A DNA stretch of 63,706 nt, filler included, from Pelomyxa schiedti (Eukaryota; Protista; Evosea), in NCBI GenBank assembly GCA_020536535.1. It is 6 parts of 6 records of this genome, joined end to end, with 100 filler letters (N's around TTAATTAATTAA, not from the genome) between each part and the next. Parts side by side here need not be neighbours in the genome. Positions count along the whole stretch, not along the records: positions 33,044 to 61,509 come from JAHLWZ010000376.1; positions 61,610 to 63,706 come from JAHLWZ010002138.1; 4 more parts are not named here. One strand, given 5' to 3'. The notes beneath the pieces were generated by a model, which saw only the letters and a list, made by a program, of their open reading frames with translations, was not told the origin of the DNA and did not search any database. This document shows, in pieces, positions 60,741-63,706 of this stretch (position 1 is its first letter; the number at the start of each line of letters is the position of its first letter). Made by a program: the position numbers and the translations under genes.

Positions 60741-61252
60741 TGGCTGAAGTACAACATGCCTTTATGGATTTGTCTAAAAGTTCCGCAAGACTAAGTGTAA
60801 AGCTATCTGAGTGGTCAGCAGCACGGAAGAAAGAAAGGCTCCTTGCCGCCCAAGAGGTTTCGCCATCACCGGTTCTCCCACTGAGGAGGAGCCCCACAAA
60901 TATAATTAACCGTGACACATTGGCACCATTTGCATCAAAGAAGCCACGGTACGACGCCGTACATCGTGCACAACCCACAGCAACGTCAAAACCAAAAGCA
61001 GCATCACCAGGTGCTGATGCCGTGGAGGACATTTGCCGGCTGTGCTTCGCAAACAAGGTTATATCCACAACCGTACAACCTTCTCAACTCCGCACACAGG
61101 GCAACTGCGTGATCGTGCCATGTGGACACCTTGGCTTGTGCTTTGACTGTGGGACACTCCTCAAGAACAAGTCATCATCAGCTGAGTCGCCAGCCCTCTG
61201 CCCATTCTGCCGCAATCCAATCACACAACTCATCCAGACCTTCAGGGTCTGA
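60741..61252 (+). CDS. Near-identical second copy of the 3' half of RING copy 3 (allele or recent duplicate)
   Basis: Matches 59785-60293 with a few substitutions and a 3-nt indel. Confidence 0.7.
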
Positions 61253-61609
61253 CACCAGTGCCGTGTAGCAACACAGACGTCCGTGTAACAAGCAAACAAA
61301 TCCCATCCGTTGTTCCATCATTTCGGCTAAAATGATGCAACACAACCACAAGCGCGACAGCGACGACTCGGACACGGACGAGGATCCGTCGCTGGTGTCT
61401 CGGTCCCAGCAGCAGTCGCCCCCTTCGTCTTCATCCGCAACACACACCAGCACCACCACCACCAACGGCACAGCCACTACTACCGCCGCCGCCACGACGA
61501 CTACTACGANNNNNNNNNNNNNNNNNNNNNNNNNNNNNNNNNNNNNNNNNNNNTTAATTAATTAANNNNNNNNNNNNNNNNNNNNNNNNNNNNNNNNNNN
61601 NNNNNNNNN

Positions 61610-63386
61610 AATGGACATTCAGCACGATCACCTTGAGAAGTTTGTTTTCATTGCAGAGGCTGCACTCAAGTCAGCATCAAAGGTGAGCCACACATCACAT
61701 GACTTTGGTGTGATCAGGTGCTTTGATTCCTTGAAATTTTTTCATTTGTTGTTGCTGGTTGGTTTTCCTTTCTCTTCATTTTCATCGTGCTCAAAGAGTA
61801 AAACAACAGAGATCAATGCAAATAAAACGAGAATTTCAGGGTGCTTGAATGGCACCGTTGGAAAACCATTCAAGATACACCTCACTGTGTGTATTTTGTT
61901 TTCAAATTCCCATTGTAAAAACAGAGCCGGCACACTCACACAATCAATCATCCAGATGAATCTTTCAGATGGAACGATCGTACCCACTGACGATGACACA
62001 AGACGAGGTTCCAGCGGCAGTGTTGGTGTTCTCACACCACAGGTGATTCAAACCAGATTCAGGGTTGTTTCCACTGCTGATGGACCCATTGATTCGGCTG
62101 CAAATCTCTCCTCCTCCACCACTTCCTATGCTCCTGCTGGTGATGGGTCAGCCAAAGGCCATAATTTCACCATGTGTGACAGGCCCGACGAAGTGGAGTT
62201 CACATTGCAACATGGTGGAAAATATCACTTGATCGTTGAGGCTGCTGTTTGGCCAAACATGGAATCGTGGGTTCCAATCCCCGGTTGCCCTTTCCTTGTC
62301 ACTGCAACCCAAGGTTTGTGTGTTTTGCCTTTCGTTCTCTTCTCCGTCTAAAACAAAGAAAGATCAAGTTGACATCAGCAAATCGAAAATTGAGAATCTC
62401 TCGACCACTTTGGTTCTTGGACAGAGACTTTCTCTCCCAATCAAGGTGTGGGTGGCCTTCTCCCTCCAATTTGAGTTAGTGTGGTTGTTGGTGAGAATTA
62501 CATGTCAACGCTCACTCACCCAACCACAGTTGATGAACACTGGTGGCCAGCCCGTTGCAGATGTTGACTTGGAGACATGTTCACAGCACGTCGAGTGGCG
62601 TGTGAGTGTCACACCACCAACTGCTGCAATCGTGTCAATTGGTTGTTCCTCTGCAAAAGACACAGAAACGGGAGGAGATTTGAGGGGTGTTGTTGTTGTG
62701 GATGTGCAACCAAAGGTTGTGATGGACCACGTGGTTGTGGCTGTTGAAGGTTCATTCTCATCACCACGAGCAGCATCACAACCAGGCAGTGTTGTGGAGA
62801 AAGGTTGCAGTTCTAACAACTACAACAACAAGGAGACGGTGTGGCAGCACATCTCAGGGTCACCTTTCACTCTCAGAGGTATTGTCTCGTTGCTCCTTTC
62901 TTCACACACACACCCACCTCCTAAATTCACACAAAAACAAAACAAAGTGTTACCACCACAAGCAAGGAAGATTGGGAGTGTGTTGGCATCATCTGCTGAA
63001 CGAGGCTTCCCACCTGAGAGGGTCATTGATTACTCCCACGATCACAACATACACTGGCTCTGCCAGTATAACAATACGACAGGGCAGTTCCTCGTGTTTG
63101 ACCTGACAGAGCCCTGTGTTGTGCCTGTTGTGTGCTTCAGGACTCATGGGAAGTACACGTGTGTTCCCAAGTGCATTGCTGTTAGTGGTGAGGTGTCACC
63201 ACAGGGCCATGGACAGCAGTCTCAACATTCACAGCAGCCAACACAAACGACTGGCAGAGGTTCCCTGTCAACACCGCACAGCAACAACAGGTACATCGAT
63301 GGGTGAGACTTGACTTTGAGAGTGTGCATGGCGCGGGTGGGGGAGCCTATGTTCTGGTCAGTGGTGTTAAATTCTGGGATAACTGA
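61610..63386 (+). CDS. Filamin/Ig-like repeat + F5/8 (discoidin)-like domain protein, 5' truncated
   Basis: IPGCPFLV and HISGSPFTL (filamin-type ends); FPPERVID..HWLC..FLVFDL..RWVRLDFESVHG..VKFW. Confidence 0.6.
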
Positions 63387-63410
63387 AATGAGACTGATCA
63401 GTCAGACTGA

Positions 63411-63706
63411 TCACGATCGTTTGAATAATAGTAATTCATCATCGTCGATGAGCGGGAACGCGAGCGGTGGTGGAGGGTCGTCGGGCAGCAGCAGCAAGGC
63501 ACCGCAGCAACAACAACCAGCGTCGTCCGCCACGGCGACGCCAGGTGCTGCGGTTGTTGTTGGTCCCGCCCCCCCTCCTTCCTCGTCCTCGTCTACTTCG
63601 TCGACGTTCGCGTCGTTCTTCCCCTTCTCGTTCAGCACGTCGCACCCCCGCACCCCACACTTCCTGTCCCGCACGTCCTCGTCCGCCTCGGTGCAGACCC
63701 CCTGCC
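63411..63706 (-). CDS. 3' end of an unidentified GC-rich gene
   Basis: Open GC-rich frames running off the window end. Confidence 0.3.
   Translation of the reverse strand, partial: QGVCTEADEDVRDRKCGVRGCDVLNEKGKNDANVDEVDEDEEGGGAGPTTTAAPGVAVADDAGCCCCGALLLLPDDPPPPLAFPLIDDDELLLFKRS

Overview
Compact, intron-rich eukaryotic DNA with mostly 40-80 nt GT-AG introns, a few GC-AG introns and the standard genetic code. The expanded Sel1, ankyrin and 'QF(A/V)AL-M-(S/T)H-RCG' families suggest an amoebozoan, probably an archamoeba such as Pelomyxa; this is my inference and is unverified. The window is at least six contigs joined by artificial N44-TTAATTAATTAA-N44 linkers, plus two N100 gaps, so adjacency across joins is not biological. 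Recognisable genes: HERC-type RCC1+HECT E3, transportin-3, DHHC palmitoyltransferase, a bacterial-type YcgL/RlaP nucleotidyltransferase next to an atypical Ras, two tandem PEX19 genes, a PI3K fragment, GPKOW/Spp2, a Sel1/pseudokinase cluster, CELF/Bruno, an NCS EF-hand protein, an atypical Rac, a RING E3 array and three tRNA-Leu genes. Best leads: (1) a P-superfamily transposase at 1-1727 whose right end matches a complete 508-bp non-autonomous element at 56025-56532, with an 8-bp TSD and atypical 5'-CGG ends; (2) two further TA-targeting MITE families, one with a filled/empty site pair; (3) a Ras ORF with no ATG that can be spliced in frame onto the RlaP nucleotidyltransferase; (4) a candidate 17-nt poison microexon in the CELF gene. 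Exon structures were read by eye, so multi-exon gene boundaries are approximate.
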